DNA of 64,000 nucleotides from a virus: IMG/VR virus record IMGVR_UViG_3300032236_000404, positions 3,449 to 67,448 of that record; one strand, 5' to 3'. Shown piece by piece: positions 38,018 to 47,793 of this stretch (position 1 is its first letter; each line of letters starts with the position of its first letter). The notes under the pieces were generated by a model. It saw only the letters and a program-made list of their open reading frames with translations, ran no database searches and was not told where the DNA came from. The position numbers and the translations under genes were made by a program.

Positions 38018-38176
38018 TTCTCTTTCCTTTTGTTCTGCACTGACACACTATTGTATCAGCTGGGTTGTATAAAATAGATAGTGCTACGTGTTTTGATGCA
38101 CAATAACAACCGTCTATTATTTATCTAATATACATTAGTCGGTTGGTAAAGTCAACGGTTTTTATACTTTTTTACA

Positions 38177-38932
38177 CTAAATTGACAGCATATATTGTGT
38201 CCTATCAATCCATTCTACCACAATATCTGCTTCATTAAAATTTCCATTTAGTCTAATTGAATTTTCAATAGTAAGTGGCAACAGTTGTTGATCACATAAT
38301 TCATACCAATTTATGGATGGCTTTGGTCTAAAAGGTAATTTATATACTGCGGCCTGCAACCAATTTTGTTCTTTATCAATTTTGAAGTGTCCATTTCTGC
38401 AATCAAATCCTGCTAAAACTAAATTCAAAATTAAATTGCCCATTGTCCAATTATAATAGCACCCGTTTGTGTACGTTGTATCAATACTTAGAGTTTCTTT
38501 GTTATTATAAACTCTAAAATTATAAGGAACAGTAATAAACATCATTCCATCAGTTTTCAATATCTCACGCCAATGTATCAAAGTATTAAACGGAGTCAAA
38601 CTATACTGTAAACTATTGTGTGCCCACAACAGATCCTGACTATTTGATGTAATCGAACTATTATTGAAATTTTCTTTATAGTATGTAATATTTGGATGCT
38701 TTATTAAACGAGTAGTATCCAAATTTAAATCAACTGCATTAACTTTTATATTGCGCGGTGAGTTATCATCTTTCTTTGTTAATGTGGCGAACCATTCAGC
38801 ATCTAACCCCATTCCACAACCCATGTCGGTTACATTTTTGATGTTATCCATATAGGATTGATAACGATTCAAAATTTCCAATGTACTAACTGAATGTGCG
38901 TGGCTTTGTTCGTTTGTTAAACCAATTGCCAT
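38177..38932 (-). CDS. Class I SAM-dependent methyltransferase
   Basis: DMGCGMG, VD and LK.DG....TVP motifs. Confidence 0.8.
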   Translation of the reverse strand: MAIGLTNEQSHAHSVSTLEILNRYQSYMDNIKNVTDMGCGMGLDAEWFATLTKKDDNSPRNIKVNAVDLNLDTTRLIKHPNITYYKENFNNSSITSNSQDLLWAHNSLQYSLTPFNTLIHWREILKTDGMMFITVPYNFRVYNNKETLSIDTTYTNGCYYNWTMGNLILNLVLAGFDCRNGHFKIDKEQNWLQAAVYKLPFRPKPSINWYELCDQQLLPLTIENSIRLNGNFNEADIVVEWIDRTQYMLSI

Positions 38933-39007
38933 ATTAGATACCCGCCTAAAATCTTCTTAGTAATTATGATTCTAATAAGTATACGAAATATTTTAAATTG
39001 GATTGTT

Positions 39008-39823
39008 ATGAAGATTTTAGTGACAGGAAGTAACGGATTTATAGGTAAATTTCTTTGTTCATATTATAGAGAAATTGGACACAGAATATTTGAATGTAAT
39101 CGATCAATTGTAGACTTACTAGACACACAAGCCGTTAATACATTCTTCAATAACAATTATTTTGACCTAGTTATACATACTGCGTTGGTCGGAAGAGAAA
39201 ATATACAAGCACTTAAAAAAGAATTGAATGATGACATAGTGCGCGACAATCTAAGAATTTGGGACAATTTAACTAGAAATAGACATAGATTTAAACGTCT
39301 TATTAACTTTGGTTCAGGCAACGAATTTGACATTGATCAAGATGTTATGATGGCGCAAGAAGTTGATATATTTGAATGTGAACCAAAATACAGTTATGGT
39401 TACGTTAAGAATCAAATTAGTAAAGATCTAAGACAGTATGAAGGATTTTTCAACCTTAGATTATTTGGAGTTTTTCATTATTCTGAATCTCCAAGAAGGT
39501 TCTTTAAGAAGATTTACACGCATAGCAGACAAGATTTTCATATACCCGAAGATAGATTTTTTGATTTTATTAATCTTGAAGACATTACTCCAATGATAGA
39601 TATAATCATGAATGGCGAATCTAAACACCAAGACATAAATGTTGTTTATAAAGAAAAGTTAAAATTAAGTGAAATGGCACACATGTTCAATGGTATAACA
39701 ATGAGTAACACAAATATCATTGTTGATAATCCTAACGGCAATTCTTATACAGGTGATTTCACAAATTTTTATAGTTATAATACTACAAAAATGGGATTGC
39801 CATTAGGATTTCTTAGATACTAA
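39008..39823 (+). CDS. NAD-dependent sugar epimerase/dehydratase
   Basis: MKILVTGSNGFIG, GSG.E, YGYVK (YxxxK) and LRLFGVF motifs. Confidence 0.88.
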   Translation: MKILVTGSNGFIGKFLCSYYREIGHRIFECNRSIVDLLDTQAVNTFFNNNYFDLVIHTALVGRENIQALKKELNDDIVRDNLRIWDNLTRNRHRFKRLINFGSGNEFDIDQDVMMAQEVDIFECEPKYSYGYVKNQISKDLRQYEGFFNLRLFGVFHYSESPRRFFKKIYTHSRQDFHIPEDRFFDFINLEDITPMIDIIMNGESKHQDINVVYKEKLKLSEMAHMFNGITMSNTNIIVDNPNGNSYTGDFTNFYSYNTTKMGLPLGFLRY

Positions 39824-40265
39824 AATCTTCCATTCCGGCAACTTTTAACTTAACAAGATTGCTAAGTTGCCATTGTTTGCTGTCAATACCCTTCATAATG
39901 CCCAACCATTTATTTCGAAGTAACGCAACTTCGTTAATAATTGTTTCATAGTCAACAACTTCTTGCTCACCTTCAACATACTTGTTGGCGTCACTGCTAC
40001 TAAGAGCACGGGCATAATGTTCTAGATATTTTTGGAAATGTTTGCGTCTAATAACTCGAATTTGTATATTCAAATAATTTAGAACTGCTTCAATTTCTTG
40101 AAGTTGATTAAATCTTTGTTCGGTAATACCGGGTAAAGCAGCAATATTCTTCTCAATATTGCCCTTTACCGCGATATCATTTTTTGCTTGTAATAATTCA
40201 TTTTCATAGTATGCAATAAAGTCAGGTATATTTCCTAGACTTGATACTACTTTGGAATACCACAT
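39813..40265 (-). CDS. uvsY: Recombination mediator, UvsY-like
   Basis: Helical 150 aa with Y.RALS..D..KYV.GE; downstream of uvsX. Confidence 0.7.
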   Translation of the reverse strand: MWYSKVVSSLGNIPDFIAYYENELLQAKNDIAVKGNIEKNIAALPGITEQRFNQLQEIEAVLNYLNIQIRVIRRKHFQKYLEHYARALSSSDANKYVEGEQEVVDYETIINEVALLRNKWLGIMKGIDSKQWQLSNLVKLKVAGMEDFSI

Positions 40266-40483
40266 TATTCATCATCTTCTTCGTCAGAATCTTTAACTGT
40301 AATATGTTCTTTTATAGCACTTAACATAGCCTTGTCAACTGCTAATTCTTCGAGATCGTTATCATCAATGCCTAGATCAACTAGTTCATTGATTACGTGA
40401 TCGGCAGCAGCCTGTCGATCTTTACTGGGTATATATTCCTTAACAGTTTGCCAAAACGCAACAAGAAATTCTGCATCACTCAT
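40265..40483 (-). CDS. Hypothetical acidic protein
   Basis: 72 aa, coupled between uvsX and uvsY. Confidence 0.6.
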   Translation of the reverse strand: MSDAEFLVAFWQTVKEYIPSKDRQAAADHVINELVDLGIDDNDLEELAVDKAMLSAIKEHITVKDSDEEDDE

Positions 40484-41531
40484 TAGTTTCTTCCTCTAGT
40501 TCAACATTAACGGGTGCTGGCATTTCCTGCCACTCATCAATGATTGTCATTAATTTATCATCTGACCAGCCTTTACGGAATTCCTTGATGATTTCACCTG
40601 TTGTCTTGCTAGTATAAACTAACTTGTTGCCTTCTTTAACTAGAATGCCTTTTGCTTCAAACATATCAAGCAACCCGCTAGTTGGACTCATACCAGTTTC
40701 ATATGGAATTTCAACTTGTACTGATTCAAATGGCTTTGCATAACGTGTCTTCATGACCTTACAAGCACTGCGGATACCATGTACTTGGCTGGTCTTGTTA
40801 CCATCAGCATCAGTCTTTAACTTTAACTTACGCATAGCAACAACAATAGAACTTGCATAGATAAAGCCTTGCCCGCCGCTGATCTTATCATCTGGATCAA
40901 ACATATCTTGGCTGGCATATGTATGATTGGTACATACCATGCCAACATTCATACTTCCAAACATATTAACACAGTTACGAACAAGCGATGTCAGTGCCTT
41001 AGGCTTGCGACCCATATCACCCTTCATCTCACCTGCTTCAAACTGATTGACATCAGTTGGAGTAAGCAACATGCCCAGCGAGTCAATGACGAACAATACT
41101 TTTGGACGATCAGTTTGGTCCAATCCTTTATACTGTTTCATAAACTCACTAATAGTACGAGCAACGTCATCAATCATTGCCATGTTTAGTTTAAGTAACT
41201 TATCTTCGCTTGTATCAACACCAAGTGCATGAAGCCATGCTTCATCAAGCGCATTTTCACTATCAACTAGCACAACATAAATTCCTTGCTGTTGTGCATG
41301 TCGAATAATATTACCTGAGCAGATATAACTTTTACCTGCTCCTGATTCTCCTGCAAATACTGTAACTTTACCAAGTGGAATTCCTTTGTGGAAATCCCCA
41401 CTAATTAGATAATTTAGTGTATAGTTACCTGTAGAAATCCAGTCAGTTGGATCATTAAATCCAAAACTGAGACCGTCAATACTCTTTGTTAAGTCCTTGC
41501 GGAACTTTGAAATATCAAAAGGTTTAGCCAT
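40476..41531 (-). CDS. uvsX: RecA-like recombinase
   Basis: ISTG, GESGAGKS, DSENA, IDSLG, NH.Y and SGG motifs. Confidence 0.93.
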   Translation of the reverse strand: MAKPFDISKFRKDLTKSIDGLSFGFNDPTDWISTGNYTLNYLISGDFHKGIPLGKVTVFAGESGAGKSYICSGNIIRHAQQQGIYVVLVDSENALDEAWLHALGVDTSEDKLLKLNMAMIDDVARTISEFMKQYKGLDQTDRPKVLFVIDSLGMLLTPTDVNQFEAGEMKGDMGRKPKALTSLVRNCVNMFGSMNVGMVCTNHTYASQDMFDPDDKISGGQGFIYASSIVVAMRKLKLKTDADGNKTSQVHGIRSACKVMKTRYAKPFESVQVEIPYETGMSPTSGLLDMFEAKGILVKEGNKLVYTSKTTGEIIKEFRKGWSDDKLMTIIDEWQEMPAPVNVELEEETNE

Positions 41532-41560
41532 TATTTTTCCTATCCATTGAAATATAGAAG

Positions 41561-41593
41561 TAGGGTAGTGACTGTCCTGCCACTACCCTTTTT
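41561..41593. terminator. Hairpin after the SSB gene
   Basis: AGGGTAGTG...CACTACCCT inverted repeat. Confidence 0.6.
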
Positions 41594-41597
41594 AATA

Positions 41598-42587
41598 TTA
41601 AGACTTACGGTTACGAATCATTGCAAGAATATCTTCTGCACGTTGATTCGACTTAGGTGCGTCTGTAACAACTGGCGCACTAGCAACAGGCTCATTGTCC
41701 TCCCACGGAGCAGTCTCCATCTTAGGAGCGGCTGCAACAGGTGCGGAACGTGGAGCAGGTGTCGGGACAGGAACATCATCAGCATCTGGATTGCTGCTTA
41801 GTCCTGCCGGCTTGTAATACTGACTCCAGCGGTCCTGATCATATGTCTGACCGTCAACGGATGCTTCAAACATCTCTTTAATAATCTTGAGTTCAGTATC
41901 TCCAGGCTTCTTTGGAAGGAAGTCCTTTAGGTTAAACAAGCCATAAGTGTCGATCGCTGCACGTTCAGCGGCTGTCAATGCAGACTCTTTACGAGCCCAC
42001 TTGCTAGTGCTGTAGTCTGCATACTGACCCTTCGTAGTCTTGGTAATGGAGAAATCCAAGCCACGATCATAATCAGTAGGCATCTCTTCAACCTCAGTAT
42101 CCTTCAATACTGCGGTAATCACAGGGTAGATGCTGGGGGACACCACAAACCTGCGAATTGGGTTCTCAGGGGTTGAATCTTCACTCATTGGTGATTCACG
42201 TACAAAGCCCTGGAAGATATATCCACGCTTCTTCCAATACTTACGACCCATGTCTTCAAGGCTCTTGTCCTTAAACCATGTACGTACTTCAGTTAGGATT
42301 GGGCATGTTTCGTTATACATTTCCATACATGGAACCTGCACAATAACTGGCTTACTGCCAGGCTGGCCTTTAATGCCAGCAAATGGGAGACGGATCATTG
42401 CCCGCTCTGCCCAGAAAAACATGTTATTTGGATCCCCGTCGGGGAGAAAGCGAACTCTTGCTGTTGTGCCTTCTGGAATATTCCAGTGTGCGTAAACGCT
42501 ATTGTCTCGTCCGCTGTTTGAGTTGTTACCGCTACCGCGGTTTTCCATCTCTGCTAGTTTTGCTCTAATTTCTGCCAATGAAGCCAT
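41598..42587 (-). CDS. Single-stranded DNA-binding protein (T4 gp32-like)
   Basis: RFLPD, C......CPI, D...G.DF and ADYSTS.W motifs; next to uvsX. Confidence 0.85.
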   Translation of the reverse strand: MASLAEIRAKLAEMENRGSGNNSNSGRDNSVYAHWNIPEGTTARVRFLPDGDPNNMFFWAERAMIRLPFAGIKGQPGSKPVIVQVPCMEMYNETCPILTEVRTWFKDKSLEDMGRKYWKKRGYIFQGFVRESPMSEDSTPENPIRRFVVSPSIYPVITAVLKDTEVEEMPTDYDRGLDFSITKTTKGQYADYSTSKWARKESALTAAERAAIDTYGLFNLKDFLPKKPGDTELKIIKEMFEASVDGQTYDQDRWSQYYKPAGLSSNPDADDVPVPTPAPRSAPVAAAPKMETAPWEDNEPVASAPVVTDAPKSNQRAEDILAMIRNRKS

Positions 42588-42644
42588 TTTAATTTTCCTT
42601 TATGTTGCCTGATCGTTGTGAGCAACTACTCTCAACGCCATAGT

Positions 42645-42675
42645 TATTTATACATTGTTGCCAATCTAGAGTCAA
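42645..42675 (-). promoter_or_regulatory. SSB promoter: TTGACT-17-TATAAA overlapping TATAAATA
   Basis: Same composite layout as the tmRNA promoter. Confidence 0.7.
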
Positions 42676-42677
42676 TA

Positions 42678-42708
42678 AAAAAGCAACATGTTGTTCAGGC
42701 ATGTTGCT
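42678..42708 (-). terminator. Intrinsic terminator
   Basis: AGCAACATG...CATGTTGCT followed by a T-tract on the minus strand. Confidence 0.7.
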
Positions 42709-42739
42709 AATTTAATGTATTATTTTGATTAAGTCTATA

Positions 42740-42979
42740 TTAACGTGGGGCGGCGCCTGAATAAGTTTGCTTAATAATATTAAGACCATTTTCAATCTGC
42801 TGAACTAACTGAAGAATCTGAGGTGCTCTTCCGCCTTGTATAACTGCATGTAAATCTTCTGCTGATTTTAAAATATTGCCAGCAATCATAGTTGGGTCTG
42901 CACCTGGTGCTTCCATTGTTGGCTCTTCAAATTCACTTAGACCGGCTAATTTTCTCATTAAGTTCAATGTATCACTCAT
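42740..42979 (-). CDS. Hypothetical protein with N-terminal LMRKLAGL motif
   Basis: 79 aa; AAGGA RBS. Confidence 0.6.
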   Translation of the reverse strand: MSDTLNLMRKLAGLSEFEEPTMEAPGADPTMIAGNILKSAEDLHAVIQGGRAPQILQLVQQIENGLNIIKQTYSGAAPR

Positions 42980-42991
42980 AATATGTTTTCC

Positions 42992-45001
42992 TTATTTTAG
43001 ACCGGCTAATTTTTTCATAAGAGCCAAACTGTCATTTATTGGGTTTACTTCACGACCTTCTTCTACACTATCATCATACTTGTTGTACTTGTCTCTGATC
43101 TTGTCTAAGTCTTTCCCCTCTTTACCTGCATTAGCAAGAGCCTGCATGCCTTCTTTACCGTATTTTTCATAACCTTTAGCAGCACGACTCATTTCAGCTT
43201 CTTTAACAGAATATGACTTACCATCAACTTCAAATTCATCTTGATGAGATGCTTTTGCCTTTGCTAATGCGCCTGAGAATTCGTTACCTTCTTCCATATC
43301 ATCTTCTACTTCAGAAACAACTTCTTCACCTTGATTTGCTCTTGCTGCTACTCTTTCAGCAACTTTAGTCATCGGATGTCTAGCAGAAACTCTCTCTGCT
43401 ACACGATCTGTTGCAGTAGTGCCATCTGAACGACCAGCAACTCTTTCTGCTACACGCTCTGCTGGAGTAGTTGTAACTTTTCTAGTAGATGCACGTTCTC
43501 TAATTCTATCCATTGGGGTTTCTTCGATATCAACTTCATTTACTTTCATCTGACCCATTCCTTCTTCATCTGCGCCAATGTGGTCCATCATATCTGCTTC
43601 TTCGCCTTCACCAATATCACTGACCCAGTCTTCAAACTGTTCGCTTTCATCTTTGACTTTGCCGTATAAATCTTTTTTCTTGCCAAATGCCGCAACACGA
43701 AGTTCTTTACCCATTTCTGGATTGCTATGAATTTTCTTAAGATCATCCTGATAACGCTTTGCCAACTGAAGAGCAATTTGCATGTCTTCTCTTGAAGCCT
43801 TGCCATCTTCTATATCTTGCCCGATTTGGCTTGCCCAATTTGCAACTTCGCTATCTTCTAAGCCAATACGATCAGCCACTGTACCCAATACACGACGTAG
43901 CAATGCTTTACCATCTGTGTACTTGCTACTGGCAATTAATCTATCTTCTGATGGATCGTCCTTGAGTACCATTTTCCAATTTGGATCTTTTAACTTAGCA
44001 GCAACAGAGCCTGCTGATTCTTTGAGTGCTTCCATAATATTGCCCTTATATTGCTTATATGCCTTTGCGGCGCTGTTGATCCAATTATCTAAATTCTCAT
44101 TATAAACCTGTTGAACAAACATTGGCTTAATATCATCAATGTCGTCCTGCTCTGCCAAAATCTTACTAAGATCTTCTATATTTTCATCAAAGCGACTATT
44201 GTTAGCCATACGAAACAAACTACGTTTAATACTCTCTTTAATTGCTGCTGCGGCCTGAATAACATTTACTGCGTCTTCGCTTTCAAATGTTTTGCGACGT
44301 GTAGCACTGGCAAAACGACGAAGATTCATCATTTCATTCACAGCATCACTGATAAGTCTGCCACTATTGTCATAAGGTGTGCCACCTCTGCCTACATGAT
44401 TTGCCATTGCCTTAGCAGCCATTACACTCTTAAATGGTAATAAAAAGCGTTCGCCTGATTCATTCACAAGGAAAATTCTGTCAACACGCAACAGTCTATT
44501 GTTGGTATTTTCTTCCATACGTTCATTGTGAACAACATGAATTTTTACGTTGTTTAGGTTGCCTTCGCTGACCTTACCACGACGTGCCCAATAAACTTTG
44601 CTTTCGCCAATTTGGGACTTTTCTTTATTTTGGTTTGACACGAATTTTAAATCCTCATGAGTAAGAATATCTTTTGAGATGTCTCTAACATCTAACCCCA
44701 GCAAATGTCTTTTTGCAAACTTTCTTATTTCTTTTAAGAAAGCATACCACTGTTTTTTCTCATCGTCATCCATATATTTTGTAATATCTTGACTGAAGTA
44801 GATCTTTAAATTTTCATTATCGATCAAACTGGCAGTAATATTGCCAAATTTAATTTCATCTAATTCAAAATCAAAATTAAAAAATCTTGCATCATGAGGA
44901 TTAGTCGTTGAACTACTGTCCTCGTCGCCCATTTTAATCTTTGGGAAGCGGTTTCTTAGTTTGAAAAATAAGTCGTTTGCTGCTTGTTCTATGCCGGCCA
45001 T
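42992..45001 (-). CDS. Large putative head/prohead-core protein
   Basis: 669 aa; acidic C-terminal half with RVAER repeats, ends MKKLAGLK; TAAATA 4 nt before the ATG. Confidence 0.55.
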   Translation of the reverse strand: MAGIEQAANDLFFKLRNRFPKIKMGDEDSSSTTNPHDARFFNFDFELDEIKFGNITASLIDNENLKIYFSQDITKYMDDDEKKQWYAFLKEIRKFAKRHLLGLDVRDISKDILTHEDLKFVSNQNKEKSQIGESKVYWARRGKVSEGNLNNVKIHVVHNERMEENTNNRLLRVDRIFLVNESGERFLLPFKSVMAAKAMANHVGRGGTPYDNSGRLISDAVNEMMNLRRFASATRRKTFESEDAVNVIQAAAAIKESIKRSLFRMANNSRFDENIEDLSKILAEQDDIDDIKPMFVQQVYNENLDNWINSAAKAYKQYKGNIMEALKESAGSVAAKLKDPNWKMVLKDDPSEDRLIASSKYTDGKALLRRVLGTVADRIGLEDSEVANWASQIGQDIEDGKASREDMQIALQLAKRYQDDLKKIHSNPEMGKELRVAAFGKKKDLYGKVKDESEQFEDWVSDIGEGEEADMMDHIGADEEGMGQMKVNEVDIEETPMDRIRERASTRKVTTTPAERVAERVAGRSDGTTATDRVAERVSARHPMTKVAERVAARANQGEEVVSEVEDDMEEGNEFSGALAKAKASHQDEFEVDGKSYSVKEAEMSRAAKGYEKYGKEGMQALANAGKEGKDLDKIRDKYNKYDDSVEEGREVNPINDSLALMKKLAGLK

Positions 45002-45039
45002 ACTGTATTTAGTTTGAAAGCAAAATCTATAAATACTTC
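45002..45039. promoter_or_regulatory. Back-to-back divergent late promoters
   Basis: Minus-strand TAAATA (45011-06) and plus-strand TATAAATA (45028-35), each 4 nt before an ATG. Confidence 0.7.
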
Positions 45040-45924
45040 ATGTGTGTTGTAGCAGCCAAATATTTTGAAGGTAAGGGATGGGTTGGGGTTAAGAACCGTG
45101 ACCGTAACTATATTCCCGAGATCAGTTTTAAGAGAATACAAAAAGGCGGCACAGAAATCATGCTGTTTTGGGATGATATTACCCAATATTGCGAAGGTTT
45201 TAACAGTGGCGGTGTTGCTATACTCAGCGCCAGCCTAATGGTAATGGATGATGAAAAAGAAATTACTGTTCGTAGCAAAGCACCAAGTAAAGATGGTGTT
45301 AAGGTTAAAAAAGCACTGGGATATCCTAATGTAAAAGCCGCTGCTATGAGTTTAATTAAGCAGAAGTTACCTGGCAATACACTTATTTTTGATCGTGATA
45401 CTTGTTATCTATTAGAAGGTGCTTGGAAACCAGGCGGCTATAAAGATAGGGATTATGAATATGTAATTCATGAAATACCTCATGATAAAACAATAACAAG
45501 AACAAATCATGGTGTATGGTTAGATTGGGCAGGCTATCAACGTGGAGTTGATGACAATCAAACTGCTAGTCGCATATCAAGTGAAAGTCGTCGCAAGATC
45601 GCTCAGAATATTGTCAGTAAAGCAACTACTCCTGAAGATATCATTGATGGAATGGCTGGCACTTATTCTAAGAATCCACAACTCAATGTATTACGAACTG
45701 CACATAATAAAAAACAAATGCGTACAACAAGTCAAATAATGATCATTCCTGATGAAGATACATTCTTTATTAGACCTGTACAAAGTCATATGACATTTAA
45801 CTTTTGGGAATTGAATAGTCCTAAAAATGATCTGTGGGTTGAAATACTAAGCAATCGTGTACTGTATAAGCATTATAAAGAACACGGCGAGCCCCCATTC
45901 CCTAAAATGAACCACAGTAGTTAA
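45040..45924 (+). CDS. Ntn-hydrolase-like protein (N-terminal Cys nucleophile)
   Basis: MCVVAA, KNRDR, EGFN..G, RTNHG and RT.SQ motifs. Confidence 0.65.
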   Translation: MCVVAAKYFEGKGWVGVKNRDRNYIPEISFKRIQKGGTEIMLFWDDITQYCEGFNSGGVAILSASLMVMDDEKEITVRSKAPSKDGVKVKKALGYPNVKAAAMSLIKQKLPGNTLIFDRDTCYLLEGAWKPGGYKDRDYEYVIHEIPHDKTITRTNHGVWLDWAGYQRGVDDNQTASRISSESRRKIAQNIVSKATTPEDIIDGMAGTYSKNPQLNVLRTAHNKKQMRTTSQIMIIPDEDTFFIRPVQSHMTFNFWELNSPKNDLWVEILSNRVLYKHYKEHGEPPFPKMNHSS

Positions 45925-47474
45925 ATTATCATAAATGGCATTGGTTCGATAACGTCTTCCAATGCATCTGTTAAATTGTCACTAAGGTCAGAATCATATT
46001 GTCGTAACATCATCGACATCCTAACAATTAATATTGTTGACATCACAAGATCATCATGTTCGCCTGCTTTTGCTTTATATGTATTACCAGTAGCAACAAA
46101 GTTTTTCAATTCACTTATAAGACTTTTACTGTTTACTGTCATACGTCCTTGCTCAATCCATAATTTCAATTTTGCACATGCTGCAATTTTACTCTTGTGA
46201 CTTGTGTTAAATCCTTTTCGATGACGTATTGCTCCACTTCTAGGTTCACTTAGAAAGTTACCTGCAATTTTATCTTCGCCAATATCAGTGATAGCATTTA
46301 ATGCTGCTTCGCCAATTGTATTATTTTCAACACTATAATATAAGTTAGCAGGGTCATCAGTTTCTTCTGCAATATATTTGCAGATTTCACTCATGATAGC
46401 AACTTGACGCTGAATAACAGTTAGGTTATGTTGCCATTCAGCAACCTGTTTCATAGTTGTAAGATCCCATACTTGTATAGCAGCTGGGTCGCCGCCAGTA
46501 CCCAAACTAGGATCAAGGGCCACAGCATAAATGTGATTTTTAATAGGTTTATCATACCACCTAACCTGACCTTGCTTCTCAATTGGATTAATACCTTCCA
46601 TAATTGCTAACTTGCTGGGTGCAACTAGTGTTTCATCAAAGATAATGAACTTGCATTCATGCTCACGACTAAAACGATCTTCACCAATACTTGCTCGTTC
46701 CTGATCTGCCCATGGTTGATCTCTTTCGGGATGTCTATCCCACGGGAACATAATGGGTGCGAAACCATTCTTACCCAGTTTGGTTTCATTGCCATATTCG
46801 TCAAATTTTTGATTAGCAACTTTCCAAATAGTAGCAAATTGATCTTCGTCACTATTTGGTGTGCTTGTGACAATTGCTTTACCACCAGTTGACAGCGTGG
46901 GACTAATGGAAGTCCAAAATTCACGTGCAATTGTAGGTCTAACGAAAGCAAACTCGTCGCAATATAGTAATGAAATACTCATACCGCGCCCAGTAGTTTC
47001 AGTCGTTGTAGCACTTACAATGCGACTACCATTATCAAATTCAATTGATCCTTTGTTATAACTTGTAACACCGCATCGTATAAAGTCTGGCGTACTTTCA
47101 TACGCATATCGAATACGCTGCATGATTTCTTGTGCGCCTGTATATTTGTGAGCAGCAATTAGTATTGTGCTATCAGGCATGAACATTGCAAACCAAAGTA
47201 GATACCCAGCAGCACAAGTAGTTTTGCCCATCTGTCGACCAAGCATATTAATACTAAATCGATTATTATGATAATTTTCTATTAATTCTATTTGATAGTC
47301 AAAGGGTACGAACTGTATTCTTCCACGCAATGGATGCTGTATGAAGAAGAAGTTCTCCATAAAGTACATTGGACCAGTTATCATGTTGGCGCATGCCTTG
47401 AGATGCATCTTCTGTTCTTCAGAATATGACATCCTCATGTAAGGTTTTTTAATTAATTCGTCTACACCACTCAT
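45921..47474 (-). CDS. terL: Terminase large subunit (T4 gp17-like)
   Basis: RQMGKT, GRG.S, YCDEFAF, STPN, DPSLG.GGD, ENN and HDDLVM motifs. Confidence 0.95.
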   Translation of the reverse strand: MSGVDELIKKPYMRMSYSEEQKMHLKACANMITGPMYFMENFFFIQHPLRGRIQFVPFDYQIELIENYHNNRFSINMLGRQMGKTTCAAGYLLWFAMFMPDSTILIAAHKYTGAQEIMQRIRYAYESTPDFIRCGVTSYNKGSIEFDNGSRIVSATTTETTGRGMSISLLYCDEFAFVRPTIAREFWTSISPTLSTGGKAIVTSTPNSDEDQFATIWKVANQKFDEYGNETKLGKNGFAPIMFPWDRHPERDQPWADQERASIGEDRFSREHECKFIIFDETLVAPSKLAIMEGINPIEKQGQVRWYDKPIKNHIYAVALDPSLGTGGDPAAIQVWDLTTMKQVAEWQHNLTVIQRQVAIMSEICKYIAEETDDPANLYYSVENNTIGEAALNAITDIGEDKIAGNFLSEPRSGAIRHRKGFNTSHKSKIAACAKLKLWIEQGRMTVNSKSLISELKNFVATGNTYKAKAGEHDDLVMSTILIVRMSMMLRQYDSDLSDNLTDALEDVIEPMPFMII

Positions 47475-47758
47475 ATATCAAACATTTGTTTACAGTTTAT
47501 ATATCTTGTTTTTTGGTATGGGTCCATATATGTTAAATTTATTTCTTGAATTGTAGCCTGTACATTCTTCTTCCAATGCCATAAGAATTTATGAACTCTG
47601 GGAAATTCTGGAATTAAATCTTCTGTTTGCCATAAAAACTCTTGTAATAGAGAATTATGGTCAGGAATGTAATAATATATGTGTACAGTGGCTATTCGCC
47701 TATCGTACCAACGGTCCATAAAATTATTTAGTTGACATCTATTCAAAATCATATACAC
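47471..47758 (-). CDS. usg: Usg-family protein
   Basis: IYYYIPDH.SLLQEFLWQTEDL.PEFPR..KFL..W matches the Usg pattern. Confidence 0.8.
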   Translation of the reverse strand: MYMILNRCQLNNFMDRWYDRRIATVHIYYYIPDHNSLLQEFLWQTEDLIPEFPRVHKFLWHWKKNVQATIQEINLTYMDPYQKTRYINCKQMFDI

Positions 47759-47793
47759 TAAGAATTAGTAATTCTAATTGGTAAATATAAACA

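Noticed and set aside
6993-47474. Introns or inteins in nrdA, nrdB, helicases, uvsX or terL
   Set aside because: All are uninterrupted and of normal length.
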